Source of the DNA: Candidatus Bathyarchaeia archaeon
GTDB taxonomy: Archaea > Thermoproteota > Bathyarchaeia > Bathyarchaeales > Bathycorpusculaceae
Reading direction: 5' to 3'
Assembly (NCBI GenBank): GCA_049521795.1
Contig: JBEKOM010000001.1
Span: 224,001 to 288,000 of the forward strand
DNA length: 64,000 nt
The notes under the pieces: model-generated
Databases searched by the model: none
What the model saw: only the letters and a program-made list of their open reading frames with translations
What the model was told of the DNA's origin: nothing
Shown: positions 36,242-46,723 of the stretch, in pieces
Position numbering within the stretch: the stretch's first letter is position 1
Layout: each line of letters starts with the position of its first letter
Program-made: the position numbers and the translations under genes

Positions 36242-37294
36242 TTATTTTACGGATATAGTTTTCACAAATTCTGTTACCAGTCTTATGGTGTTCCGCAGAT
36301 CGTCAGCGTGGATGATTGACGCCGGTCCATGAATGTACCTACAGGGCACGGCTACGGTTCCGCTTGGCACTCCTGCCCGCGTGAGATGGATCGCGCCCGC
36401 ATCTGTTCCGCCCACCGGCACCTTCTTGAACTGAAAGGGTATTGACTTCTGCTTTGCGGCCTTGATCAACGCCTTGAGAACATGAGGATGCGTGAAGACT
36501 GTTCTGTCCATTATTGTCAGCACGGGGCCGCCCTTGATTTTAGATGAAACTCTGTCTGGTCTCGTGCCGGGAACGTCTGCGACGAAGGTTCCCTCCAAGG
36601 CGAGCCCATAGTCGGGGTCAACCTGCCAAGCTGCAGTTCTTGCCCCTCTTATCCCCAGTTCTTCCTGGACCGATCCGACGGCGACAACGTTGAAAGGGGA
36701 GTCTTTCAGAGTCTTGAACACTTCTGCAAGGACGGTGCACCCAGCTCTGTCGTCAAGCGCCTTGCCTCTGAAGTATCCATCTCCCAAGTCTGTGAACTCT
36801 ACGTCGAAGACGCCTAAGGTTCCTATTTCTGCGCCCTTTCCCTGCGCCTGAGAAAGACTCTCAGCACCTATGTCGATGAAAAGATCTTCCTTAGGTATTA
36901 TCCGGTTCTGTTCTTCAGGCGTCATGATGTGAGGAGGCTTAGTTCCGATGATTCCCTTAAGGTAGCCTTTGTCTCCCCTGAAGAGTAGCCTCTGCCCAGG
37001 CATGATGTTGTTGGTTATGCCTCCGAGTATGTCAAAGCGTAGAAAGCCGTTTTCCTCAATGAATGTGATTATGAAGCCGACCTCGTCCATGTGAGCTGAA
37101 AGCATGATCTTAGGATAGCCCTTTTTCCCGTGGTGGTAGAAAAGTGCGTTTCCAAGCTTATCGACATGCGTTTCATCAGCGTATCCCTTGAGCTCTTTCT
37201 TCAGAATCTCAGCCACATCTTCCTCGTTTCCAGAAGGCCCAAAGGCATTTGAAAGTTTTTCGAGAAGCTTAACGTCTGCAGGCATGCGATTCAC
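36242..37294 (-). CDS. M42 family aminopeptidase
   Basis: AHMDEVG, ALDDRAG, QEELG, GGTDAG and RYIH. Confidence 0.94.
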   Translation of the reverse strand: MNRMPADVKLLEKLSNAFGPSGNEEDVAEILKKELKGYADETHVDKLGNALFYHHGKKGYPKIMLSAHMDEVGFIITFIEENGFLRFDILGGITNNIMPGQRLLFRGDKGYLKGIIGTKPPHIMTPEEQNRIIPKEDLFIDIGAESLSQAQGKGAEIGTLGVFDVEFTDLGDGYFRGKALDDRAGCTVLAEVFKTLKDSPFNVVAVGSVQEELGIRGARTAAWQVDPDYGLALEGTFVADVPGTRPDRVSSKIKGGPVLTIMDRTVFTHPHVLKALIKAAKQKSIPFQFKKVPVGGTDAGAIHLTRAGVPSGTVAVPCRYIHGPASIIHADDLRNTIRLVTEFVKTISVK

Positions 37295-37500
37295 CGATCG
37301 TATTTTTCACGTCACCAATGAAGTTAAGTTTTGCCCTCACAATTCAAAACGACATCGCAAATTCGGGAACAAGCTTATTCTTGCATTCAGAAACACCATT
37401 TTGCATAGGGTTCTCATTCTTGTTGACGGCGCATTTATTTAGGCGAATCATCCAGAAGTTTCAGGCGATTTTGCATGTTTGTCACAGAAGGAGAATAGAA

Positions 37501-37995
37501 ATGAAACCAGCTTTACTCGTTATAGACGTACAGAACGAGTTCTTTAACCTCAATCAGAGTTGCTCAGATTCCCTGAAGTCTGCTATCGAGTACATAAATG
37601 CGGCCATAGACCTTTTCAGAAAAAAGAATTTTCCCATTGTCGCGGTGCAGCACAAGGATGAGGAACAGGGCCTTGTACCAGGTAACACAGGTTTTGATAT
37701 GCCTCAGAATGTGAAACTTGAGCCTCAAGACATACACATAGTGAAGACCTACGGTAACTCCTTCACGAAGACAGGACTCGCGGAAAAACTAAAGGAACTT
37801 GGGGTTGACACCGTCATTGTGTCAGGTTTCTGTGCAGAGTTTTGCGTCTTGTCCACCTATAGAGGTGCTGAAGATTTCGACTTCAAACCAATAATATTGA
37901 AAGGTTCTCTTGCATCTACGAGTGCAGAGCACATCAGATTCGTGGAAGAGATTTCAGAAACGATCTCTTTTGGCGCTTTGAAGACATTGCTCTGA
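37501..37995 (+). CDS. Isochorismatase-family cysteine hydrolase
   Basis: ALLVIDVQNEF...K..GNSF...AEFCV; start at MKPALL. Confidence 0.9.
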   Translation: MKPALLVIDVQNEFFNLNQSCSDSLKSAIEYINAAIDLFRKKNFPIVAVQHKDEEQGLVPGNTGFDMPQNVKLEPQDIHIVKTYGNSFTKTGLAEKLKELGVDTVIVSGFCAEFCVLSTYRGAEDFDFKPIILKGSLASTSAEHIRFVEEISETISFGALKTLL

Positions 37996-38146
37996 TTCTG
38001 TTCAAGTGTCTTATGATTGTTTTCCGAAAGTGAGTGAATGCCGATTAGTATCTTTGTGTGACTTCAGTTTTGGGTTTGGAGCTCAAGTCTTATCTTTGCA
38101 ATTCTGTTTTCCAGACATGTAGGTTAGTAAGGTTAAAGTTTCTGAG

Positions 38147-39928
38147 ATGTTTAGTTTAAGGGAGGCTGATGAAATGACGGGTGAAAAGGCCCAGGATAAG
38201 TTCACGATCATCAACGAACTTGCACGGCGACGCGGCTTCTTCTGGCAATCGTACGAGATCTACGGCGGTGTAAGCGGCTTCGTAACATACGGTCCGTTGG
38301 GTGCAAGGCTGAAACAGAACATCGAGAAGAAACTGCGAGATCTTTTCGTGAACAAACTCGGAGTCTTGGAGATCGAATCACCTGTGATCACTCCAGCAGA
38401 GGTTTTCGAAGCCTCAGGTCACATCACTCACTTCAAAGAACCCCTCGTTGAATGCACTAAGTGTGGTAAGAGATTCCGAGCAGACCACTTGCTTGAGGAA
38501 TTTGTGAAGATGAGTGAGGCAGACGCTGAAAAGCTGAGTTTAACCGAGATCGACGAAGCGATCAGGAAGAACAAGATTAAGTGCCCAGACTGCGGGGGCA
38601 CGTTTGGCAAAGCAGAGACTTTCCTGACGATGTTCAAGACCACTATAGGTCCGTATTCAAAGGCTGTTGGTTACGGAAGACCCGAAGCGGCGCAGGGCAT
38701 ATTCGTAGAGTTCAATCGCCTGTACGGAATTGCGCGAGAAAAGCTTCCCTTCGGCGTCCTTCAGATAGGGCATGTCTTGAGAAACGAAATCTCACCTAGA
38801 CAGGGCATGATAAGAGTGAGAGAATTCACAATTGCAGACTTGGAATTTTTCTTCGACCCTGAAGAACCCGACTGCTATCTCTTGAAGGACGTTGAAGATG
38901 AAAAGCTTCGGATTCTTCTGGCAGAAACAAGACAGAACGGTTCAGAAGACATCACAGAAACCACGGTGGGAGACGCGTTGAAAAGAGGAATTATCAAGTC
39001 GGAGTGGCATGCAACCTTCATGGCATATGCCGAGAGACTCTTGGTCGAGCTTGGCGTTCCAGCGGAGAAACAAAGGTTCATCGAAAAGCTGCCGTATGAA
39101 AAGGCCCATTATGCGCGCCAAACCTTCGACCAGCAGGTTCTGGTGGAACGGTGGGGCTGGCTTGAAGTCTCTGGGCATGCTGACAGAACGGACTACGACC
39201 TCAGAAGTCACATGGAGCACAGCGGTCAGGACATGCAAGTTTTCAAGGAATACGAAAAGCCAGTTGAGACCGAACGCCTTGCAATAAAACCGATCATGGC
39301 TAAACTTGGGCCAAGCTTCAAAGGAGAAGCCGCAAGAGTTGCCGAAGAACTGAAAAAAGCCGATCCTCAAGAACTCGAAGCATCCCTGAAGACGAACGGC
39401 CACTACGTGCTTGGAAAATACAAGATCCTTCCTGAACACGTCGACGTTCAACGCGAAAAAATCGTAGAGCGCGGAAAACATTTCATCCCTCATGTCGTTG
39501 AACCCAGTTTTGGCTCAGACAGGCTCCTGTACGTGGCTCTTGAGTACGCCTATCAGGAGAAGGACGGCAGAGCGATGCTGAATTTCCCGCGCGACATTGC
39601 ACCTATTCAGGTCGGCGTCTACCCTCTCCTAAGCAAAGACAAACTGCCCCAGAAGGCTTTGGAAGTGCACAAGATGCTGATTGATGAAGGCTTCATAGCG
39701 GAGTATGATGAGGCAGGCTCTATTGGCAGACGATATGCCCGCGCAGACGAAGTTGGAGCACAGCTGGGCATAACGGTGGATTACGACACGCTGAATGATG
39801 ACACTGTTACGATCCGCGACCGTGACTCGTGGAAACAGGTTAGGACAAGTATTTCGGACCTGAAAACGCTTCTGCATGGATATTTCAGGGGAACGATCGA
39901 ATTTGACCAGTTAGGCAAACCCGTTTGA
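38147..39928 (+). CDS. glyS: Glycine--tRNA ligase (alpha2 type)
   Basis: RPEAAQGIF, RNEISPRQG, AHYA, EPSFG and IGRRYARADE. Confidence 0.97.
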   Translation: MFSLREADEMTGEKAQDKFTIINELARRRGFFWQSYEIYGGVSGFVTYGPLGARLKQNIEKKLRDLFVNKLGVLEIESPVITPAEVFEASGHITHFKEPLVECTKCGKRFRADHLLEEFVKMSEADAEKLSLTEIDEAIRKNKIKCPDCGGTFGKAETFLTMFKTTIGPYSKAVGYGRPEAAQGIFVEFNRLYGIAREKLPFGVLQIGHVLRNEISPRQGMIRVREFTIADLEFFFDPEEPDCYLLKDVEDEKLRILLAETRQNGSEDITETTVGDALKRGIIKSEWHATFMAYAERLLVELGVPAEKQRFIEKLPYEKAHYARQTFDQQVLVERWGWLEVSGHADRTDYDLRSHMEHSGQDMQVFKEYEKPVETERLAIKPIMAKLGPSFKGEAARVAEELKKADPQELEASLKTNGHYVLGKYKILPEHVDVQREKIVERGKHFIPHVVEPSFGSDRLLYVALEYAYQEKDGRAMLNFPRDIAPIQVGVYPLLSKDKLPQKALEVHKMLIDEGFIAEYDEAGSIGRRYARADEVGAQLGITVDYDTLNDDTVTIRDRDSWKQVRTSISDLKTLLHGYFRGTIEFDQLGKPV

Positions 39929-39994
39929 AAACTATTGTTTCGCTATCTTTTTTAAGACTTCAGCACATCTAAGGTTAGAATAAAGTGCCCTATT

Positions 39995-40672
39995 TTGCGG
40001 GCGGGAAAAAACTTGGTCCTTCCAGCAGAAACTGAAGAAAGAGTGAAACGCAGAGCGCTCAACGTCTGTCAAGACCATCTGCGCAAAGTCGTAGACGTTA
40101 CCAGAAAGGTTCCTCAGATGATAGACTGTTTCAATAAGAACGACAAGGAAGGAGCAAAACAGCTCTTCAGCGAAATCAGAAGCGGCGAAGACGAAGTCGA
40201 TACGGCTAGAAGACTAGTCTCACAGGAGCTGGCCGAAATAGGGGCAATCCTGTTCAGCAGAGAAGATTTCTTAAGGTTCACGAATTTAACGAGCGAAATC
40301 GCGGACTTCTCCGAGGGCATAGCCTTCCGACTGACCGAAATCACGAACCACAACTGGAAGGTCCCCATGGACATAAAGAAGGAACTGCTGACGCTCTCAG
40401 AAGCCGTTCTTGAAGCAGTTGTGAAGCTCAAAGAAACAGTGATGGTTCTAAACTACGGTGCAAGCAAAACGATGGAAAAAGCCAAAGACGTCGAGATCGC
40501 CGAACGCAAGGTCGATGAGATCTACCGCGAACTCGAGATAAAACTGCTCAGCAGCAAAATCGACTTCCCAGCCTTGATTCTGTTAAGAGACGTCCTGCAG
40601 CTTCTTGAAGATTCTGCAGACAAAGCAGAAGACGCGGCTGACGCTGTGCGAATCCTCTCCCTCATGATGTAA
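39995..40672 (+). CDS. DUF47/PhoU-like phosphate transport regulator
   Basis: Helical repeats E..VD...R and EDSADKAEDAAD. Confidence 0.85.
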   Translation: MRAGKNLVLPAETEERVKRRALNVCQDHLRKVVDVTRKVPQMIDCFNKNDKEGAKQLFSEIRSGEDEVDTARRLVSQELAEIGAILFSREDFLRFTNLTSEIADFSEGIAFRLTEITNHNWKVPMDIKKELLTLSEAVLEAVVKLKETVMVLNYGASKTMEKAKDVEIAERKVDEIYRELEIKLLSSKIDFPALILLRDVLQLLEDSADKAEDAADAVRILSLMM

Positions 40673-40686
40673 AGGCGAACAAACTG

Positions 40687-41244
40687 ATGCCTAAAAAAAT
40701 AGGGGTAGAACTGATTGAAAACTTCCTAGTAGTTTGGAACCCCACAGACGGCTCAGAACTCTACAGAAAAGGGTTCTACGGCAAACCCCTCGGAATCGCC
40801 AAACCCAAAATCCCAGAATTCAACGTTCCACTTATTCTGGATCTGATGGAAGGCTTGTACCTGGTTGAAGAAGACATCATCACCGTTTACGAAGGCCCCA
40901 AAAAAATCAAAGTAGGCCCAAGGAAGCTCCGCCAAGTGGCCAAGCGACTGTACGAAGAGTTTGACGACAAGTACACTGTATACCGCGACCTAAGAGACAG
41001 CCAGTTGATCGTCACACCCGGCATAAAGTTCGGCTGCGACTTCGCCGTTTACAAACACGGCCCAGGAGTCGAACACGCCCCCTACATGGTCTCAGTCAAA
41101 AAAGCCAAATCCGAGATGACAGCCACCGAAATAGTCAAGGCCGGAAGACTCGCGACAACCGTCAGAAAAAGGTTCATAATAGCCGTTCCCAACTCGGAGA
41201 AAGCAAAGACAAGATACTTAATATTCAAATGGTTCAAAGCGTAA
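40687..41244 (+). CDS. endA: tRNA-splicing endonuclease, catalytic subunit
   Basis: VYRDLR...GIKFGCDFAVY...H...GRLATTVRK with the Tyr/His/Lys triad. Confidence 0.93.
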   Translation: MPKKIGVELIENFLVVWNPTDGSELYRKGFYGKPLGIAKPKIPEFNVPLILDLMEGLYLVEEDIITVYEGPKKIKVGPRKLRQVAKRLYEEFDDKYTVYRDLRDSQLIVTPGIKFGCDFAVYKHGPGVEHAPYMVSVKKAKSEMTATEIVKAGRLATTVRKRFIIAVPNSEKAKTRYLIFKWFKA

Positions 41245-41336
41245 GAACCGATTTTTCTAGATAGACTGCACCCGCTAAAGGTTTGCACTTATGGTCAAAT
41301 GGAGACTTCTATGCGCCTTCTTCTGAGGCGCCGAAT

Positions 41337-41606
41337 CTAGAACAATTTTGAAAAATCGTCATAGACCTTCTTCCTATGGCCAATAGACAGCACTACAACT
41401 TGTCCTTTGGTTCTGTTAATCTCGTAGATTGCACGGTAATCTCCTACTCTAAGGCTCCAGAAGTTGGTGTGCGTCAGAATTTTCCCGATTCTTTCGGGAT
41501 TATCCTTCAAATCCCTTAATTTTTCTACTATTCTGGTTTTTGTCGCGTCCTCAATTCTTTCCAGTTCTTTGGCCGCCTTCGGGTGCAAGAGTACAGTGAA
41601 CACCAC
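41337..41606 (-). CDS. RelE/ParE-family toxin
   Basis: AAKEL...LRVGDYRAIY...IGHRKKVY. Confidence 0.9.
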   Translation of the reverse strand: MVFTVLLHPKAAKELERIEDATKTRIVEKLRDLKDNPERIGKILTHTNFWSLRVGDYRAIYEINRTKGQVVVLSIGHRKKVYDDFSKLF

Positions 41607-41824
41607 TACAATTCCTCAAGTGGAATGAGGGACTTAGGATGTTTCTTTGCTTCCTCGCTGCGTTTTGTTAGCATTTTAAAGAATTCGCGCGTCTTTTCGC
41701 GTTCCTCATAGAAGTTCAGTATCGTTCTTATGGCGTCACTTCGGCTCTTGAACTTACCCTCTGCTACCCACCTGTCTATTTCCTCAAGCATTTTTTCAGA
41801 TAATCTAAGCTGAACTTGAGTCAA
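41606..41824 (-). CDS. Ribbon-helix-helix antitoxin
   Basis: VQLRL...ID..V..GKFKSRSDAIR...IPLEEL; overlaps the toxin start; TTG start at 41824. Confidence 0.85.
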   Translation of the reverse strand: MTQVQLRLSEKMLEEIDRWVAEGKFKSRSDAIRTILNFYEEREKTREFFKMLTKRSEEAKKHPKSLIPLEEL

Positions 41825-41974
41825 AAGAACGCCGTAAACAATACTGTTTACAAGACACTTAAGCATTTCTCCTTAAAAGCTGACCACCGAAACCAGCATA
41901 GAAAAAAGCTTAACTGGTAAAATGGCGCCTGGGAAGGGATTTACGCATAAGTTTGCCAGTAAAAAGTTGGTTGA

Positions 41975-42670
41975 TTATTGCACTTCGCTTAGTCTCTCTA
42001 TAATTTCATCTGCGGATAGGACCATCGCGAACCCTTTTCTCAGAGTCTTCAACTCTGCTTCGTGGAGAGCTGGGTCGTCAGTGGAAGTTACGTCGCTTCC
42101 CATCACAACCTTGAATCCTCTCTCGTAGGCTTGTCTGGCGGTTGTGCCGCAACAGAAATTCGTCAGTGTGCCACAAATGATGACGGTGTCCTTCTCCAGG
42201 TTCCTAAGGATAGTCTCCAACGGAGTGTCATAAAAGGCACCGTATGACGGCTTTTGGATAACTATCTCCCGCTCAAAAGGGGCGATTTCATGCCATATAT
42301 TCCCGTTTCTGAACCAAGACGGGTCCTTGGACCCTAACTCTCCGTAGTGGTTAGGCATAAACTTCCCAGTTAATGGGCGATCAAAATAATTGTGGGTCTT
42401 TGCAAAGGCAGTGAAAATGATTGAAATCCCCTTGTTTCTACAGAACTCCAATAAATGCTTTATAAGTGGCACTTGGCGAGTTGCCTCAGGAACCCAGAAA
42501 GGTGTCCAATGAGGTTTCACGAATTCATCCTGCATGTCAATAACCAGCAAAGCGCATTTCTCTGGTTTGATCTCAAAGACAGGGTTCTTCTCATAGGCCT
42601 GTTTCGCCAGTTTCAGTACTTCTCGTTCTGTGAACTCATGACTATCTGATTGAAATCTTCTCTTCGACAT
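41975..42670 (-). CDS. Isochorismatase-family cysteine hydrolase
   Basis: ALLVIDMQ, K.SYGAF and TNFCCGTTARQA. Confidence 0.9.
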   Translation of the reverse strand: MSKRRFQSDSHEFTEREVLKLAKQAYEKNPVFEIKPEKCALLVIDMQDEFVKPHWTPFWVPEATRQVPLIKHLLEFCRNKGISIIFTAFAKTHNYFDRPLTGKFMPNHYGELGSKDPSWFRNGNIWHEIAPFEREIVIQKPSYGAFYDTPLETILRNLEKDTVIICGTLTNFCCGTTARQAYERGFKVVMGSDVTSTDDPALHEAELKTLRKGFAMVLSADEIIERLSEVQ

Positions 42671-42843
42671 ATGACTTAACGGCGCATAATTTTCGCTTAT
42701 TTGTCTTTTGGCCAGGAATCATTGTGATTATTGTTCGGTAGGAAAGTCATTATCCTAGCTTTGTTCTCCTCAAAGTACTTTTCATAATACGTCAGTTTCA
42801 ATATCTCGCGCGAGCATCGTGCGTGAGTTGCAGGAAGCGGAGG

Positions 42844-43341
42844 TTAGTGAGATTTGATGATTTCGTAAAGCTCCTGTTCTAGAGTGGGCCATCTCTTAGG
42901 AGACTCAATTATTCTGCCTATTTCTTTGCCGTAAAGGTCAACTATTATTATCAGTGGAATCTTGTCAACTTCAAACGTTATGACTTCAGGCGGAGAAGGT
43001 GGAATCCTCCATTTGCAAACGTGACTGAGCGGGTCTTTCATTAGTCCTCCGAACACTCTGACTTCTAACCCCGCGGCTTCGAATAGCAAGGATAGGACGG
43101 GGATGTATTCCGCGCAGTCCTTGCACCATGTGACTGAAAAGACGATAGCTACGTACTTTTCCGCGAATCTTCTCAACTCGTCAATTGTTTGCGGCTGCAG
43201 CTTGTACTCTTGTTTTCTGTTTAAGAACTTCTCCTTAAGCGGCTGTTCCAAGCTATCGATATACTGATCTACGGAAACCGTTTTCTTTCTGATCTCTGAT
43301 AGGTCAAAGTTCATCCTTCGGTCCAACAATTCATGAGGCAA
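42844..43341 (-). CDS. Thioredoxin-like protein
   Basis: WCKDC active site and cis-Pro KIP. Confidence 0.85.
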   Translation of the reverse strand: MPHELLDRRMNFDLSEIRKKTVSVDQYIDSLEQPLKEKFLNRKQEYKLQPQTIDELRRFAEKYVAIVFSVTWCKDCAEYIPVLSLLFEAAGLEVRVFGGLMKDPLSHVCKWRIPPSPPEVITFEVDKIPLIIIVDLYGKEIGRIIESPKRWPTLEQELYEIIKSH

Positions 43342-43426
43342 CTTCCAATAAATAGAGCTACCGTTGCCTTTTACCAGTATTAAACCGTCATTTCGCAGAA
43401 TGTTGAGGAAGCACTGTTTTCAGCCT

Positions 43427-44734
43427 TCAGCCTGTCATCAAGGTCTGGTTTTCGAATTGCCCTCTGACGTATTGGTGCGGGTAGATCTTCGTTGCGGTCA
43501 GTGTGCAACCTTGGTCAACTATTACGTCGTCGGCTATGACCGAGACGGATTGTATCTTTGTCGGTTTTCGAGGGCTTGAAGAAACTGTCACGTGCCGCCC
43601 CACGATGCTGTCCTTTATGGTCGTGTTGTCCCCGATTATGACTCGGTCCATGACTGCAGAGTCCACTATCTCAACGTCTTTGCCTATCTGTGTGTAGTTG
43701 TCTATGCACGAATTCACTATTCTGACGCCGTCGCTGATCTTGCAGTGTCTGCCTATGAGGACAGAGCCTTCAACCTCGATCTTGCCCATCTTGATCCTCC
43801 GGATTATCTCCTTCCTTCTTCTCATCGATTCGACGCTTTCCCCCTGAACCCAGATCCTCTTCTCGTCGTTCAGTCTTCCGCCGAAATCGGTTAATGAAGC
43901 AAACTTTCCGTCAAGCATGTCCTTCATCGCTTCAAGGTAGCGTCTGGGAGTGCCAACGTCGTACCAGCTTCCTTCCAATGTGTAACCGTACACCGGTCGC
44001 CCGGTGCTGATCAGGTAGGGAATAAAGTCGTAGCCAAAGTCGAGGCGATGCGTCTCCTTGATCAGCTGCTTGACTCCTTTCTCCTTGAATATTTTCCTTA
44101 TCTCGGGAGAAACCATGTACAAGCCCGTGTTGGCGAGGTCTGACGGAGCGTCCTTGGGCGCCGGTTTCTCGACGAACCTGGAGATTCTCATGTCCTTGTT
44201 TATGTCAGCTATGCCGTATCCTTCAACGTTCTCAACCTTCCTCAACGCTATGGTCATCACCGCGCCCTTCTTCTCATGAAAATCCACGAGTTCCTTCACG
44301 TTCACGTCAAAAATGTTGTCGCCCTGCACCGCAAACACTGGGTCTTTGACGCTGTAGTACTCCATGTTTATACTTGCAGAGTCCGCGCTTCCAAGGTCTT
44401 CAACGTTCGGCTGATACTTTATGTGAACACGCGGCTCTATACCGTACCTCGCAGAAAAACCGTAACCCGACTCAAAATAATCGTGCAGGTCCCTGTAATT
44501 CGTGTAGCCCTTAACGCCGAAAATGAAGTTTCTGATACCCTGACGGGCAAGGGGCAGCAGCGAAAAATCTATCAGAGGCCTGTTCAACAAACGAATGCAC
44601 GCTTTACTCGTCTCAGCCGTGAGGGGCAACAAACGCGTGGCCTTTCCCCCAACCGGTATTATCACCCTTAACCTTTCCAAAGCGTAGTTGCCGCCCAAGG
44701 ATCTACACCAGCAAGCTTTTGAATGAGTTATCAA
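43427..44734 (-). CDS. NDP-sugar pyrophosphorylase with left-handed beta-helix
   Basis: GGKATRLLPLT, GDN, FVEKP, WYDVG and hexapeptide repeats. Confidence 0.9.
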   Translation of the reverse strand: MITHSKACWCRSLGGNYALERLRVIIPVGGKATRLLPLTAETSKACIRLLNRPLIDFSLLPLARQGIRNFIFGVKGYTNYRDLHDYFESGYGFSARYGIEPRVHIKYQPNVEDLGSADSASINMEYYSVKDPVFAVQGDNIFDVNVKELVDFHEKKGAVMTIALRKVENVEGYGIADINKDMRISRFVEKPAPKDAPSDLANTGLYMVSPEIRKIFKEKGVKQLIKETHRLDFGYDFIPYLISTGRPVYGYTLEGSWYDVGTPRRYLEAMKDMLDGKFASLTDFGGRLNDEKRIWVQGESVESMRRRKEIIRRIKMGKIEVEGSVLIGRHCKISDGVRIVNSCIDNYTQIGKDVEIVDSAVMDRVIIGDNTTIKDSIVGRHVTVSSSPRKPTKIQSVSVIADDVIVDQGCTLTATKIYPHQYVRGQFENQTLMTG

Positions 44735-44822
44735 CGCTAAGCGTATTAAACTTTTGAGGCCAGACGCGAGTTTTATAACTCACCTAAGAAGAAAACCCTA
44801 ATGTTGCTCCGAGGTTCGATGA

Positions 44823-45686
44823 TTGATGAGAAGACTCAGCGGCTTTCTGCGTTTGACGCGGCCCATAAACTGCTTCATGATGGGCCTCGCCGTAATAGTC
44901 GGTGCAAGCCTCGTCGGCCCGAGCAGCATGAGCCCAGCTTGGCCGCGCCTAGTCTACGGTTTCATCACCGGCTTCACCCTTACCGCTGCCTCGATGGCAA
45001 TAAACGATTACTACGACAGGAAGATAGACGCCGTAAACGAACCGAGACGGCCTATCCCAAGCGGTCTGGTCAAGCCCGGAGAAGCTTTTGTCTTCGCACT
45101 TATCCTTGCCATCGTAGGCCTCGTCGCAGCGTATCTGACGAACACCGCGTATCCGCTTTGTCTTCCAACGGCCATAATCGCCTGGATCATTTCCGTAGCG
45201 TACACGACTGTCGGAAAACGAAGCGGACTGCCCGGCAACTTCCTCGTCAGCCTGTGCGTGTCAATACCGTTCGTCTACGGAAGCGTTGCCGTAGCTAACG
45301 AAGTCAAGTTAAACGTGCTCCTCTTCGCCTCGATAGTCTTTCTTTCAATCACTGGAAGGGAGATAACCAAGGGCATAGTGGACGTGCAGGGAGACAGGAC
45401 GCAGAACGTGAAGACCCTCGCCGTGCGGTACGGAGAAAAAAACGCAGCCGTTGCCGCAGCGCTGTTCTATCTCTCCGCCGTAGGGTTAAGCCCGACGCCG
45501 TGGCTTCTCGGCATCGTCTCTTTCTGGTACATCCCGCTCGTTGCGGTCACAGACATCGGACTTACAGCGTCGTCTCTCATGCTTCTCAAAAACTATTCTA
45601 GAGAAAACAGCAGAAAAATCAAGAACACCGTACTCCTATGGTTCATCTTCGGCTTGCTGGCATTCATCATCGGCGCCGCAACGTGA
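44823..45686 (+). CDS. UbiA-family prenyltransferase (DGGGP synthase-like)
   Basis: NDYYDRKIDAVNEPRRPIPSG and REITKGIVDVQGD. Confidence 0.9.
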   Translation: MMRRLSGFLRLTRPINCFMMGLAVIVGASLVGPSSMSPAWPRLVYGFITGFTLTAASMAINDYYDRKIDAVNEPRRPIPSGLVKPGEAFVFALILAIVGLVAAYLTNTAYPLCLPTAIIAWIISVAYTTVGKRSGLPGNFLVSLCVSIPFVYGSVAVANEVKLNVLLFASIVFLSITGREITKGIVDVQGDRTQNVKTLAVRYGEKNAAVAAALFYLSAVGLSPTPWLLGIVSFWYIPLVAVTDIGLTASSLMLLKNYSRENSRKIKNTVLLWFIFGLLAFIIGAAT

Positions 45687-46202
45687 CCGAAAACTGAACA
45701 ACGGAGATTCTCACAAACCTCACGAACACTTTCATGATGTTCCTCCGCGACACTTACGCTCATCATATGGAAAAGACGGCACAACAAGCAACGAAACCTG
45801 ATAGACCTAAGCTTAAGCCCGCCTCAGCAGCCCTTGTCGGAAAGAAGGACTCGCAGTGAAGTGCACCCTAGGAGGAAGGAAGGACAAACGTGCCAACATT
45901 GCTCAGGAACTACCTTGCCTTAGCCCTGTTTCAAGCCCTCGGCACGTGCTCGGCCTAAAGCGCGTACAAATCCACTAGGGCCTTCAGGAGCGCCTTTGTG
46001 CAGTACTAGTACCCTAGGGGGGAGGGGGGGTGGATTAGAAGGGGAGAAACGCGAATACAGGGATGTAGCGTATGCTATCCTCGCGAGACAGCAACGAACA
46101 GCCTTGGTAATTCCGTCATGCTGGGCGGTAGTGATGATTGTTCTAGAAATTGGAATTATAAGCACCGTTTAACTAGTATTATGCTGCGAAGCGTGGCGAG
46201 CC

Positions 46203-46649
46203 TTGAACGCTGAGGGCGAAACCGAGTTTGAGTACGCACTTCGAGGCAAGGATTGGAAAGTCTACTGGCTACTGTTGAAGAACGGCAGGCCGATGAGCGT
46301 TCGCGAAGTTCAGAGAACCCTGCACTTCAGCAGTCCAAGCGTGGCGCAGCATCATCTTGAACAGCTACGCGAGCTCGGATTGGTCACAAAACAGGAAGTC
46401 GGCGGCAGCTACTCTCTCGTCAGCGAGGTCAAGATCGGCGTGCTCCGACACTTCGTCAAACTCGGAAAACTGCTGTTTCCGAGATACTTCTTCTACGCCG
46501 TGTTCTCCACCACGTTCTACGCGGCCTACATTCTGGTGCTGATGCAAGGACTCACAAGAGAAAACCTGTTCATACTCTCCTTCGGAGCCATCGTCACGGC
46601 GATCTTCTGGTACGAAGCCGCCCGCGTATGGTCAACGCGACCGTTCTAA
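46203..46649 (+). CDS. Membrane-anchored wHTH regulator
   Basis: SVREVQRTLHFSSPSVAQHHLEQL plus two C-terminal TM helices. Confidence 0.82.
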   Translation: MNAEGETEFEYALRGKDWKVYWLLLKNGRPMSVREVQRTLHFSSPSVAQHHLEQLRELGLVTKQEVGGSYSLVSEVKIGVLRHFVKLGKLLFPRYFFYAVFSTTFYAAYILVLMQGLTRENLFILSFGAIVTAIFWYEAARVWSTRPF

Positions 46650-46723
46650 CTTCTGGAACACCGTGTCCTAAGGCTTAGCATAAAATCCAACGTGACCCAA
46701 TAGGCTATAACGGTGAACGACGA

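Noticed and set aside
45715-45770. Possible minus-strand box C/D sRNA (ATGATGA)
   Set aside because: D and D' boxes are too degenerate.
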